This document shows positions 13,411 through 26,444 of a stretch of DNA of 64,000 nt, piece by piece. This stretch comes from Mobula hypostoma (Eukaryota), in assembly GCF_963921235.1 (NCBI RefSeq), contig NC_086109.1, positions 37,450,001-37,514,000 of the forward strand, read 5' to 3'. The notes beneath the pieces are model-generated. The model saw only the letters and a list, made by a program, of their open reading frames with translations, was not told the DNA's origin and did no database searches. Each line of letters begins with the position of its first letter. The first letter of the stretch is position 1. The position numbers and the translations under genes were made by a program.

Positions 13411-13869
13411 AAGAATGCCAGTTTTACTGAAGTCTAACATCACCTCATCTTAAACATATACAAACATCTTGAAACTTCTTTTAATCCTCCCCATATCCAA
13501 TATTGACATCCAAATTAAAACACTGCAAACATTATTTTCTGGATGTAATTTGAAACCGCAAATTAAACATTTAAATAGTACCCCATGAAATGAAATTTAC
13601 AATTGAGGATAAAAAGATATTACAAAGTGATTCCTAATATAGCCCACTGACGACATTGTTTACATTGTCAGAGGCTGAAATCGTCCAGGTGCATTATGTA
13701 GGATTGGAAAAAAGGCTCTTATCAGCAAAATTAAACCACCTCAAACTTTCTCCAATTTGCATCTGAAGTACTTAAATTTGGATTAGCATCTTTTAATAAT
13801 ACCACAGTCATTTTACTCAAAACCCCAAAAAATTAAAAACATAATTTGTGTGAAATGATAAAAAGACAA

Positions 13870-15805
13870 CAGAATGTATGGATGTATTTATTACAGCGCT
13901 AGCCTCAAATGACAAAAGCAACAATACATTAATCACCCGCAGGACAATTATCTGACAAGCTGACTGTACAAGTCAACAAGCTGTTATTATACAGTATGTA
14001 TCAACGTTATTTGTTTCTTAAAATTGTAGAATAAAGGATTCACTTAAAGCCAGTTATAGTTCAAGTAAAACACACAAGCTATTAGTCCTTCATTCTCCAT
14101 ACACAATAGCAGAGACTGCTAATTTTTAGCGTTTACGGCAAGTACCTGTATTTAAGCAAATTACTATCTAGTACGATATTTATCACAAATCTGTATGTTT
14201 TAAAAATTCCAACAATTTGGCTTAACTTTTCATGTACAAAACCGCAATTGAGAACAGATTGTAAACTTATTAAAAGGCAAGTGACAATAAAAACAAAAGC
14301 TGATCACTTTTTACGTTACCTGTCAAAAGTAAAAATACTTCAATGTGCAACAACAAGGATGTGCTATTAAAACAGCAGCAGTTTAAATACTTAAGGACAT
14401 TTGCAGGCAAAAATTAAAAAATTAAATGTGAATGTTAATAGCTTGTCTCATTCCTCATCCTGAGTAGTTGCTACGCTTTGATGGAGTTTCTTTAAAAAAT
14501 TGTGGCATAAAAGAATCAAATTTTCAAATCAAGTTTAAGCTGTTAAGCATGACCACTACTATTGTATATATCCATAAAAAGCAATTTAAACCTCATCACT
14601 GTATTAGTGATAGTGTGTATGAGGCAGCTGTGCCCATTTTATATAACTAATTACAAAAATCCCAAATTCTATAATTTTTCAGTGTGGTTAATCTTTGTCA
14701 TTGCTGGAAATAGGCACAATCAACTGCAAAGCAGGCTAATGTAACTAAGTATACTGTGAATTTATTTTTGTTCGGTTGCAAGAGATAAATAAAAGTCAGA
14801 ATGTGGCCACCTGTGGTACTCTCCACCATATTTTCAAATCTGACTGAATCACCAGAATCCAAAGTGGGGAGACAAAAACAACCCGAGGCAGAAAAACTTA
14901 GTACCTAGCAACAAAAACAAAAAAATACCTGCAACCTCAAGGCTTGAGTTACAATTGAACAATAAAAATCAATCCTGAACTTTTTCCATAAGCATCTTCT
15001 CCATTGAATATGTCAATCTTGTAAACAGCCATGATTTATATCAACTCTTTGTTGATTACATACTTAATGCCACTGACTGATAATCTGGTTATTCCCTATT
15101 CTAATATTGGACTATTGGAGAATTGTTGAGGTGAATCAATAAAGCTTTCACCATCTTAATTTTCATTCCAGATTACAACAATGACCACACCACACTCCAT
15201 CATTTACTGGTAACAGACATTCAATTGATAAGCCTCTTTTCATAATGTTTTATAATTAAACATATGGCTTCACTATAGATGGCCTGCACTCTTTATATAA
15301 ATTTTATCCACTGTAATAAGCAGGTCCAAACTACACCAAATTATCTTTGAGGTCAAAACAAAGGCCAAGGACATTATGTGGTGAAATGAAAAAGATGTTT
15401 ACTCAAATGTTGTAACTGAGCCACAGCACAAATCCCCTGAGCATGCTTAGTTGATACAATGAAATGTAAATGTTTTTCAGTACTGGCATTCTGGGAGAAG
15501 AAATTTCATCCTACATTGGGACTTGGTAAGCATGCATATTAAAAATAAAAAAGTCCCATTTATATATAACAAAACCCCATTCGTATTGACAGTGGGTAAA
15601 GTACCAAGCTTCACAAGGTCAAATTTAGTAACTCAGCTTAATTATATAAAAACATAAAAAAGTGCAAAATAATATTGTACACTCTGTCATGATAAAAACA
15701 TTTGACCTCTTGTTGGACACCTTTTCAAATCATTTCTTTAGGGAAGGAGGTCGAAGTTAAACATGGCAGGTCCTGGGTATGAGCAAGAAACCAACATCCT
15801 TGTCC
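13870..15805 (-). other. ARL8A: Probable ARL8A 3'UTR
   Basis: AT-rich stretch with no recognisable TE between the stop codon and a minus-strand AATAAA; the exact 3' end is inferred. Confidence 0.6.
13887..13892 (-). promoter_or_regulatory. Candidate polyadenylation signal AATAAA
   Basis: Plus-strand tttatt. On the minus strand it is followed ~15-30 nt later by a GU/U-rich tract (ttctgttgtctttt). A second AATAAA lies at 14761-14766. Confidence 0.6.
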
Positions 15806-15855
15806 TCAACTGCGTTTGGTCTTTGAGTGCTGAATGAGCCACTGTAGTGTTATAT
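15806..15855 (-). CDS. ARL8A: ARL8A-like last coding exon: DITLQWLIQHSKTKRS-stop
   Basis: 50 nt to TGA (15806-15808), acceptor atttcag; typical ARL8 C-terminus. Confidence 0.95.
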
Positions 15856-16826
15856 CTGAAATTAATTTGAAAAGTTAGAAGTGCAAGCAGCATAAAATTG
15901 CACACCATGAATACTTGAATAAAATATCACTAATTTGATTTTATCACTACTTTCATTCCAGACTAATTATGGTTATGTTGCATTAATTAAACGTTATCTC
16001 AGGCATGAACTGTTTCCTCCATTTAAAGATCATTTCCAAGTGATGATTTTACTAGCTGTATGCAGCATCTCTCAACAGACATTGACACATTCCCAATTCT
16101 CAAAACATTAACTAGAATTCAATCTATTAATCAATACACATAAAATATCCGAATATATTTAGAAACAACATGTTCTGGGGAATAATAAGTCAAATACTTT
16201 TCACTTCCAAGACCTTTTCTTAAAATAATAAATGGCCAATAGGCACCAAGAAACTAACCCCAATATGCTATATCCAGAGTTGAACTTCAACATTCTATTA
16301 AAATTCAGCAACATAAAAGGAACTTTATATTTCACTGAAGCATCTCTTCTTGTACTATTTTATACTACCGGTTTAGTAGAATTTAATTGAAAGGTGCTTT
16401 ATTGTGCATTGAGCTAGCTTAAAAAAACAAAGTCATCACAAACTGGAAGCATGAAATTCATACTTTGAGCACGAGACAAAAATATTACTAGCTCAGAGAG
16501 CAAAACTACATTAGAGCAAAAAAAATCTTTCGTTTTCACCAGTGGTTAGGACTTCCATAAAAAGTAGAATAATTGAAATAGGCTTATTATTGTCTTATGT
16601 ACTGAGGTACAGTGAATATCTGTTTTGCAAGCCATCCATATTTCATTACACCATGCACTCATATAATACAAAAAAAAGCAATAAATGAAAGCAGAATAAA
16701 GTGTTAGTTACAGAGAAAGTGTAGTACAGGCAGATGACAGGTGCAAGTCCATAATGAGATAGATTGTGAAGTCAAGAGAGCCCATTTTACTGTACTAAGG
16801 AACCATTTAAGAATCTTATAACAGCT

Positions 16827-18203
16827 ATCTGGGTGGCAGGGTGGAGATACATCTTTATCAAAGGAGGAGTATGGTGCTCCTTCCCTCTGCTAGACGGCAG
16901 GTAACATCTGCTTAGCCCACTGATATGAGTCACCTGAAGCCATAGGAGCAACTGGTGCATTTCACAAGTCCTGGTTATGCCAGCCAGACAATCTCTGAAG
17001 AGTATTGATAATGGATGGGGACATCTGTCTAGTAAATACACCGCCCAGAAAATGGCAATGACAACACAAACAAAATGCTGGAGGAGCTCAGCTGGCCAGG
17101 CAGCATCTACGGAGAAGCGTACAGTTGACAGTTTGGGCCAAGACCCTTCAGCAGAACTGGAGGAGAAAAAAAAATGAGGAGTAGATTTAAAAGGTAGGGG
17201 GAGGGGAGAGAGAAACACAAGGTGATCTGTGAAACCAGGAGTGGGAGGGATGAAGTAAAGAGCTGGAAAATTGATTGGTAAAAATAAGATACAGGGCTTG
17301 CAAGTAGAATAAGTGCTACACCTGCCCCTACACCTCCTCCCTCACTACCATTCAGGGTCCTAAAATGTCCTTCCATGTGAGGTATCACTTCATCTGTGAG
17401 TCTGTTGGGATCATATACTGTGTTTGGTACTCCCAGTGTGGCCTCTTTTATATTGGTGATTGGGAGATGGGATGTAGATTGGGAGACCACATTGCTGAGC
17501 TCCTACTAGAAAAAGCGGGATCTCCCAGTGGCCACCCAATTCCTCTTCCCATTCCCATTCCAATATTTCAATCCATGGCCTCCTCTATGGCCGTGATGAA
17601 GCCATACTCAGGTTGGAGGAACAACACCTTATATTCCGTCTGGGTAGCCTCCAACCTGATGGCATGAACATCGATTTCTCCAACTTCCAGTAATGGCCTC
17701 TCCCCTCTTCCTCATCATTCCCCATCCCCTTTTCCCACTCTCACCTTATCTCCTTGCTTGCCCATTGCCTCCCTTGGTGCTCCTCCCCCTACTTTCCTTC
17801 TTCCATGGCCTTGTCTTCTCCTATCAGACTCCCCCTTCTCCAACCCTGTATCTCTTTCACCAATCAACTTCCCTGCTCCTTACTACACCCCTCTCCCTCC
17901 CAGTTTCACCCATCTCCTTGTGTTTCTCTCTCCCTCCTCCCCCCCACCTTCTAAATCTTTTTTTCTCCAGTCCTGCTGAAGGGTCTCGGCCCAAAAATGT
18001 CAACCGTACTTTTTTCCCATAGATGCTGCCTGGCCTGCTGAGTTCCTCCAGCATTTTGTGTGTACTACTTGGATTTCCAGCATCTGCAGATTTTCTCTTG
18101 TTTAAGATGGCAATGATAAACCATTTCTGTTGAAATATTTGCCAAGAACAATCATGGTCATGGATCACCTATGTCATATGATATGACACATAATGAATGA
18201 ATG
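16827..18203 (+). mobile_element. RTE-related retroposon interrupted by a Penelope-like insertion
   Basis: 9-bp TSD ataacagct (16818-16826 / 18204-18212) and (ATGA)n tail; the RTE assignment is from memory of tail motifs. Confidence 0.55.
17062..18106 (+). mobile_element. Penelope-like element: inverted partial terminal repeat + GIY-YIG 3' part + terminal repeat
   Basis: GIIYCVWYSQCGLFYIG motif (ORF 17365-17667); 10-bp TSD atggcaatga (17052-17061 / 18107-18116); ~240-bp inverted arms. Confidence 0.88.
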
Positions 18204-20675
18204 ATAACAGCTGTCTTTCAGAGCTTTATTTCAAATAATAATTATAATAAAGCAGTGAATTCGTGGATTCTCTATTTCGCTTTGCATATCCTTCACAGTA
18301 TAATAAAGAGGAGTTCAGAGAATTCCTACATTTTAGTACTATTTACAACAGTCATGAAAGCCAAAATACAGACAAAGGAATAGAGACAAAGAAGCTTCAA
18401 GCGGAATTTTAAAAAATATGGCATTAAATGTTTTTGACTATTATCATAACAACATAAAAGGGGCATGTATCTAACATCCTTGAACATACTGCACAGTTTT
18501 TGAACAGATTTAAAGTGGTGATGGCTGGATTCTCGATAAGCAAGGGTGAAATATTACAGGGGGCAGAAAGGAATTTGAAATTAAGGTTACAGTCAGATTA
18601 ACCATGACTTATCGAATTATATGGGAGACTTGAGGCCTGGGTGGTCTATCCCTGCTTCTAATTAAAAGCAATAAAGGGATTGCTGACAATGAAAAAGACC
18701 CCCTCCACTTCAGCATCCAGCATTTAAAGAACACCGTATAAATAATAAAACTGATGGAAAAGGGGAAAATCCAATTTTGTCCAGCATAACCATTTTTAAA
18801 AACGAAGCTTAGGGCTATGCTCCTAACCTACCAGCAGCAATGTAATGTCGAGGGATTTCTGTTTCTCATTTTCATAAGCAACCTTTCGTGTGTCTCGCTA
18901 CTGACCAAATCATAACTTTATTTGTTGTAAGACAAACAAAGCTGAAAAAGAGATCAAGAGAATGGGTAATAGGAAAATGAATACTTCATTATTTTCAGCA
19001 GTGCTCATAAAGGTAATGTTTAAAAAAAAGCGCTAATAAAACTGTTGCCATCTGTCACTATACCATTAAGATGGGAAATGCTCAATTTAAAAGATTCTAT
19101 ATATAATCTCATTAATCATATCTGACATCATGAGAATCTTATTAAAACTGGAAATATTGCCAGAAATATGAAAGCTAAAATTTTATCATCACTTGACTTA
19201 GATTTTCACAAAAATTTGCACTGTCTTTATGGCGAGATATAGCAGTGATGCCAAGTTCAGAGAAATCAGCCTGCAGTAAAAGTGATCTCTATTGAGGAAT
19301 GGACTTGATAAATGATAGTGCGTTCCTTCCTATGAGCACAAAATAGTCAAGTTCACTTACACCAAAGTCAGAAGTCAGGAGGATCAACTTTCACCCCAAG
19401 AACAAAGCAAACAACTTGGGGTGAATTGTAATGTGACACACAGAATTTCTACATTGTCAAGGCTTTGGATAAAATATTAAAATCTCTGGTATGTTTCTTC
19501 CATTAATTAAGATGAACATAAAGGATCCTATGGCATCACTTGGAAGAACATTATTCTGGCTAATATTATTAGTCATTATTTTGGCCAGTCTTATTCCCTC
19601 AACAATTAAATCAAATAAACAGCTGCTTATTATTTGATTCTTGTTTGCAGGATCTTGCTTTGTACAAAATGAAGCACATTCCCAATGGCAACAGCACTAA
19701 AACACTTCTGGGGATCTTCATAAAGATATTAGCTTTGTATCTCACTTGTCCATCTCTGCACTTCATGTACTTACATCTTGTTGTTTCAGAGTTCAGCAGT
19801 TTACTCTTAGCCCAATAATTTGTCAGAATGGCTCCAATGAGATTTGGCTTCCAACCAATTGATGCCACAATTTAACAAAATGCTAAAGGCAATCAAAACT
19901 ACAAACCTTATAACCTTACATTCATTAAATTTACATTATCTATTACAAGATGTTTACAGTACTTGTGCAAAACTATATTAATATTTTGTGGTTTAACAAT
20001 GACTTCTGACAAAAGGTCTCGAGTTTTCTGTTAACTTTGTTTCTTTCTTCACAGATGCTGTAAAACCAGCTGAGCATCTCCAGCAATTGTTGGTATTTTA
20101 CCTAATTTATGCTCTAAGTCTCTATTAAAAATGAAATGTATGAATTGTGTTTACAAGATAGAATAAAGGTATATTAAATTTAGTTTAGCATAGGATCATT
20201 GTTGATTACATGCAGATTATTAAAAAGATCCACCTGTCAGATACAGTAACTGTATCAAAGCTGTTTGAGATAGAAATATAACAAGGCTTACACTGTCAAA
20301 GGCTTCCAAGATTTTCTTTTTAATATCTTACAAATAACAGATGGATTTTTAATTTTTATCCTACAAAGAAAAGTACATCTTACATTTCATCTAACATGCC
20401 CTACTCTTTAGTAAATTTGCTCTGAAGGCACAGCGCCAAAACCATTGGCAAATGAAAGCAAAGTGAAAAAAAATCCTCTTACAAAATGCAGCCACAGCCT
20501 GATTGAATTGCAAATCTAGACTCCAGCTGTCCTGTACAACTGAATGGAAAAATGGGAGGCAGATCAAAGGACCTGACCTAGATCTTTATTTTTCACATGA
20601 CCTGCCTATTCAAAGTTCGCTGGTGCGCAAGAGATGATCATCTACATATTCTTTAATTTGCTCAGAAGCAATTAC

Positions 20676-20746
20676 CTATGTTATCCTTCTCCTTGCAGGA
20701 GATGGAATAGCAGCAGATTTCTCGGTCTTGAATAGCAGACAGGTTC
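20676..20746 (-). CDS. ARL8A: ARL8A-like coding exon 6: [23 protein letters not shown]
   Basis: Contains the G5 region (SCK). 71 nt, acceptor ttttgctag, donor gtaatt. Confidence 0.96.
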
Positions 20747-21824
20747 CTAGCAAAATGAAACAAAGGGAAGTATTAATTGTGAAATGTTCACAGAACCTTG
20801 AATATCTTGAAATGTCCATTATTCCAATCTGAATAATTATATAATCGATAGAATATAATTATATAGTTGTAGAATTTAGATAGGATTAAATAGTGAAAAA
20901 GATTAAATTTAGTTTGCCAACCCTATTAATGCTTAATACAGGGAAAATTATTTGCTCTGAATTAAATAAGCCTTCAGAAAAAACATCGATAAGATTTAAA
21001 AAATATCCTGAGATAAGCCCATTTTGTAGTTTGTTGAGGGTTTACTTCTAAATGTAGATACAAATTTAAAAAAATAATTATACAAGAGGAACAACAGAGC
21101 ACACCACCAACTGCACATTGAAATTGTTTCAGTTGAATACTTCATTTTATATGCACACCACCACATGAATGTCAAGAAATCTACTTAATGCAATCATCTT
21201 TGAAGGTGGGAGAAAACGATAATATTTGTTTTAGTGCAATTCTTGAACTGAAGGAAACACTAGCTCGGCAACACTAATTAATGCAATTTGGCTTTTGTAG
21301 GTCTAGCAGAAATTTTAAAAAATAGATAGAAGAATCAAATTTTTGTTCTGGAAAAAGAGATTCCAATCAAAAGGAGAAATTATGTCAGAAGATGTTTTAT
21401 CTTCTTCTGGAAAACCAAATTTTTAGAAGTGATTTATGTCAACTGTTCCAGATATAAACGGTTACAGGTTTCAATGGACAAGGAGATGACTGAAAAAATG
21501 CACCCTGAATTCAGGAGTTGACATTCAGAACATCATTGTGAATTTTGAATGATAACATTTCTGGGATGGCACCAGAAAGCACTAAGTTCATACAGGGTTA
21601 TCCTCTACCATGAAGCCCCAACATGCCACAATAATTTGAATTGATTCTGATCGATTAGAGTTAGTATTTCAAAAGCTATGAGCTTTGAAAAGTCGCAGAA
21701 CTGCAGAAACTCACGTTTTGAAAGATCAAACAACAAAACACTTCAATAACTAAAAGAACAACTGGATTTGGATAATTATGTTCATCGTGGTAAAGAACAG
21801 GGTCAACGTTCATTCAGGAAGAAA

Positions 21825-22520
21825 CAAAGACAAGAGAAACTGTAGATGCTCTGTGGAGGCAAAAGGTATTCAGGTTGAGGTTGAGCTCCTGCATCAGGAC
21901 TAAGGGAGAAGAATGACTGCTAGTATATAAAAGCAAAAGGGAGAGGTGAGACAGAGGCTGGTAGGTGGATGGAACCAGATAAAAAGGGGTAGGATAATAG
22001 GCAGATGGAACAAAGTGGAAAAGGAGAAGATGAGAAAGATGAACAAAGGGAGAATTCAGTTGGAAAGCTGAGTGTTAGGAAGAGCACTGGAAATGTGGAT
22101 TACCTGAAATTGGAAAATTCAATGTTCCTACCATTGCGTTGTAAGCTATTCAAGTGGGACATCAGATGCCGTCTTATAATTTGTGCTTGATCTTGATACA
22201 CAGGGCAATGTCGTACATGTGAGAGTAGGGAGGAGTGTTAAGATGAGATGTAACCAGAAACTTGAAATGCTTATTGCAGAGAACTCCACAAAATAGACAT
22301 CTGGTTGATGCTAGGATTCACCCGAGTAGAAGTAAATCAGTAGGAAGAGGTGAATATCTGCCTCACATGGAATAGCTGTTTTAAGTTCCCAGTTGCTGCT
22401 GAGGGAGGAGGTGTAGAGACAGGTGTCAGACTTCCTTTGGTTGCAGGGGAAAAGGAAGGATGAGAAGGAATGAGCAAATCAGGGAGTCAAGAACAGAGTG
22501 ATCCCAGAAGGCACAGAGGG
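21825..22520 (-). mobile_element. Old degenerate Penelope-like fragment
   Basis: Eroded similarity to the terminal repeat and GIY-YIG tail seen at 37085-37956. Confidence 0.55.
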
Positions 22521-23353
22521 GGAACAAATGCAGAAAATCAGTTTCAGCAAACCACCCAAATGTGATGTATTTAATTTTTTGAAATGCTTATGACACTTTT
22601 GAACTAAATGTAACATAGATCTTGGCTGATACTCAGTTGCCAAATTGGTTTATTTTTATCACATGTACCAAGGTACAATGATAAACTTACCTTGCATACC
22701 AATCAATTCATTACAACAGTGCAAAGTAAAACATTAACAGTGCAAAATAAAATGTTAGTTACAGAGAAAGTGCAGCTGTGCAGTGCAGGTAGACAATAAG
22801 GCACAAGGTTATAACAAAGTAGATTGTGAGATCAAGACACTTTCTTATAATAGGCAACCATTTAAATGTCCTGTACCAGTGGGATAGAAGATAAAAAGCT
22901 ATACATTGATTTAAATTTTTTCATCTCATTTTAGTTTTCTAATTAAATCTGTGATCTTCGATTACTGATTTTTCTGCTAATGGAAGCAGCCTTTACACTC
23001 TCCAGTAAAGATTTTTGAAACCTTTCAAACCCAATAAGAGAGGCAAATTGCTGCAATTCTCTTCCTCAGAAGGTTGTAAATGCTAGATCACTGAAGATAA
23101 TTAAAGAACTAGATATATCTTTGAATGGTGGTGAATTTAGGATTATAGGAAACTAGCACAAATGAGCTGAGGCCTGTGACAAATCCACCATGATAACATC
23201 GAATGGTAGAGCAGGTCTGAGGGTGAGGTAACTTACCCAAGATCCCAGTTGATTTTGTTCATTTATCAAGGAGAACAAATCCTACTTCACTAGTTCTAGA
23301 AGCGTTACATCTCTAGTTGTGTTTCATTAAATCTCTCCAAGGCCTTCCTGATA

Positions 23354-23964
23354 TGAGGGGTGATTGATAAGTTTGTCGCCTAAGGTAGAAGGAGTTAATT
23401 TTAGAAAACCTAGCACATTTATTTTTCCTACATTTACACACGTAGTCCAGCAATCGTGGAGCATACGGATCCCTTCTTTGTAGAAGTCGGTGTCTTAGAC
23501 TTCCAGAAAGTGGTCCACAGCAGGGGTGATTGATAAGTTCATGGCCTACAGTAGAAGGAGATGAGTTAATAACTTCAAACTTTCTCCACTTTCACTCAAA
23601 GAGTTGAACTGCACGTGCATATAACAAGAGCTGTATAACCCATCTCCTTCTACCTAAGGCCACAAACTTATCAATCACCCCTGCTGTGGACCACCTGGAG
23701 GTCCAAGTCGCTCTCGTTACATGTACGTGCAGTTCAACTCTTTGAGTGATGATGCAGAAAGTTCGAAGTTAATAACTTATCTCCTTCTACCTTAGGCCAC
23801 GAACTTATCAATCTCCCCTACTACAAAGAAGGGATCCGTATGCTCCACGACCGCTGGACTAAGTGTGTACACGTAGGAGGAGACTATGTTGAAAAATAAA
23901 TGTGCTAGGTTTTCTAAAATTGACACCTTCTACCCTAGGCCACAAACTTATCAATCACTCCTCG
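23354..23964. mobile_element. mariner-type MITE / fold-back element
   Basis: Termini TA|(C/T)GAGGGGTGATTGATAAG ... CTTATCAATCACTCCTCG|TA, long inverted arms, no ORF. Confidence 0.85.
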
Positions 23965-25312
23965 TATATGAATAACTAATTGTAATGCACCAGATGAGCC
24001 CTAACCACTATGTTTATTTTTGATGTTTATCTCTACCAAACCAGGTCATTAATGCTAAAAACTGAAGTGCTCTGATTTTCCAAGAGACTCCATCATAAAT
24101 TCTAGATAATTCTCTAACAATGCCAATAACTTGATGATTACTTCAAGTCCTTTGTTTTGGCATTGCCTGCCTTTACCTCTTGTTCTTACCAATGTATGAT
24201 CAATTCCACTAGTGACAGCAAAACTTTGGCATCTGTAGACATGATATCTTTCATGCTTCAGACACTGGCAAGACCACCTTGGATTACTTAACTCCATTTC
24301 ACAAGCAAAATCCTCCACCTCACCCAACAATTCTCCTTTAGCTTTTCAACTGCTGATTTTCCTGACCTTAACAATGTGTTTATTTGTGGTCATCAATCAT
24401 ACCACTGAACACGTAATCTCCTACTCTGATAACTCCTTTGATTATTTACTAGGTCCAGAGTCTCAAGTGTCTTGACTGCGGAGTTTTGAGCACCATGCAT
24501 CTGTTGCCATATCTGACTTGATAATTTAGTGAAAAAAATGTACCTACTCCTTCAAGAATTTACCTACTACTTGAAGAATGAAAACAAGTTAAAAGCCAGA
24601 AACTATGCTCTGATGAAGCACCCTGGAGCTGAAATACTCTCTTTCTACAAATATCAACTGTCCTGCTGTGTCTCCATGATTTTGCTTTTATTCTTATGTA
24701 ACAGTCAAATATTCACCTACTTTACTCACCTTCAATGCAAAAAAGCTGTTCCTCCTTCCACCCATCTCTCCAAATCCTACCATGCAACTGTAAAACCTCT
24801 CCAACCAAATTCTTAGTTACCTTATGTACTGTAAATCTGCCTGTTGGGTTTAACTATTCTTTACAGTTCTCTGGGCCTGTAGATATTTCAAAGGCACTTC
24901 TCCACAGAAAGGTTTATATAGCTGCACTGACATCATCTTGATTAAAAGCCATCAATCCCACTAACCTACTTTAATCTTTATGATATTCAATATATAGAGA
25001 AGCCCAACTTTCTCCAATGTTCACTTTCATGGAACTCCCATGCATGATCTCACTGTTTTCTGTTAATCTGGTCAGGAAAGGGCATTTAATCAGCACACCT
25101 TGATCTGCATGTTGCATTTTGCTGGCATTATCACCAGTTTTCAAAGGAAAAAATTATGTCAGCATTTATGACACTTTATGACATTTAGACAGTTGTACAT
25201 ATCATATTAATGTTGTCACGGAGGAGCAAGAACATCTATAGGGTTTCTGTCAGCTGCAGTATTTTTTTGTTTTCATTTTATCTTCTACGAGCATTAAAAA
25301 AAATCTACTTAC

Positions 25313-25380
25313 ATTTTTTCAATCAGCTCTTTCTCATCCAGTGCGTTGGGCAGGTCTCGTTTGTTCCCCAGGACTAGCAC
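25313..25380 (-). CDS. ARL8A: ARL8A-like coding exon 5: VLVLGNKRDLPNALDEKELIEKM
   Basis: Contains the G4 motif NKRD. 68 nt, acceptor tttctcttag, donor gtaagt. Confidence 0.96.
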
Positions 25381-26444
25381 CTAAGAGAAAAAAAAACTCA
25401 TCAGTTTATTCACAAAGTAAAATATACACCAACTCAGAAAAGTAAAATTTTACAATAATACATCTTGCATCAAAAGTTAGGACTTCAAATTTATCTTTCT
25501 TCATATGAATGTATAGTCAAAATATTACGAAAGTCATCAAACATCCTCCAAACAACTGCCAATGGAATTACGAATCATTCAAAGTCAATGAATTAAAGCA
25601 GGAGCGTTTTCAGTCAAAATATATGTGAATACCTATTCCAACTAAAAGAATTGTAATAACTTACATACTGTTAATTATCTAGCAATATATGTGCTGACAA
25701 GAACTGTCCATTCAATATTATAGAAAGCATAAATTGCATTCCTATTTCATTGTAAATGGTGTTTAAAAAGCACTTAACTCTTACAATCTCAACAATATCT
25801 GTAACTCTTAATTTGGTGTCAGGAATGCATAATTAGATGCCAGGTACATCACCATTTCTGTCCTGCATACTGGCATCAACCTAGTCATTTCCTGGTGGTC
25901 TGGGTGATCAAACCAGATTATGTGATTTGAAAAATTTCAAGAAAATGTAATGATCATGGACAAACTATCCTAGTTAGAATTAGATTAGTGCACATCAGAA
26001 ATAATGCAATCAATATAATCATATCTGTGGTCTTGCAAATTCTGTTCTTAGCCATAAGAAATGTTAAAATTTAGTTTAATAATGAACAACCAGCCTCTGA
26101 AATCAGTGTTCTAAATTTAAATAAAGGCAGTTACAGAAGCACAAGGGCAGAGTTCGCTGAACCAGCTTCAGTGACATACTTAATGACATAGAACAGTACA
26201 GCATAGTAACAGCACACAGCATTCTCAAACTAATTACTCTCCTAATCCTTTTTCCCTGCCCACAGACCATATCCCTCCATTTCTGCATACTCACATGCCT
26301 AAGATCTTTTTTGCATGCCTCTATCAGATCTGCCAATACCTAACAAGGCATTCAGGCATCATCACTCTCTCTGTTTAAAAATAAGTTTCCCCACACATCT
26401 TCTTTTAACTCCCTCACCCCCACTTAAATGTGTATCTTCTAGTA

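Noticed and set aside
23354..23964. Regularly recurring ~38-nt motif that superficially resembles a CRISPR array
   Set aside because: Copies are in both orientations, the spacers are mutually complementary, the ends are TA-flanked TIRs, and the context is eukaryotic.
24610..24640. CUGAUGA-AGC...GCU-GAAA hammerhead-like core
   Set aside because: No convincing stem I or cleavage triplet; at best an old eroded copy of the Penelope repeat.
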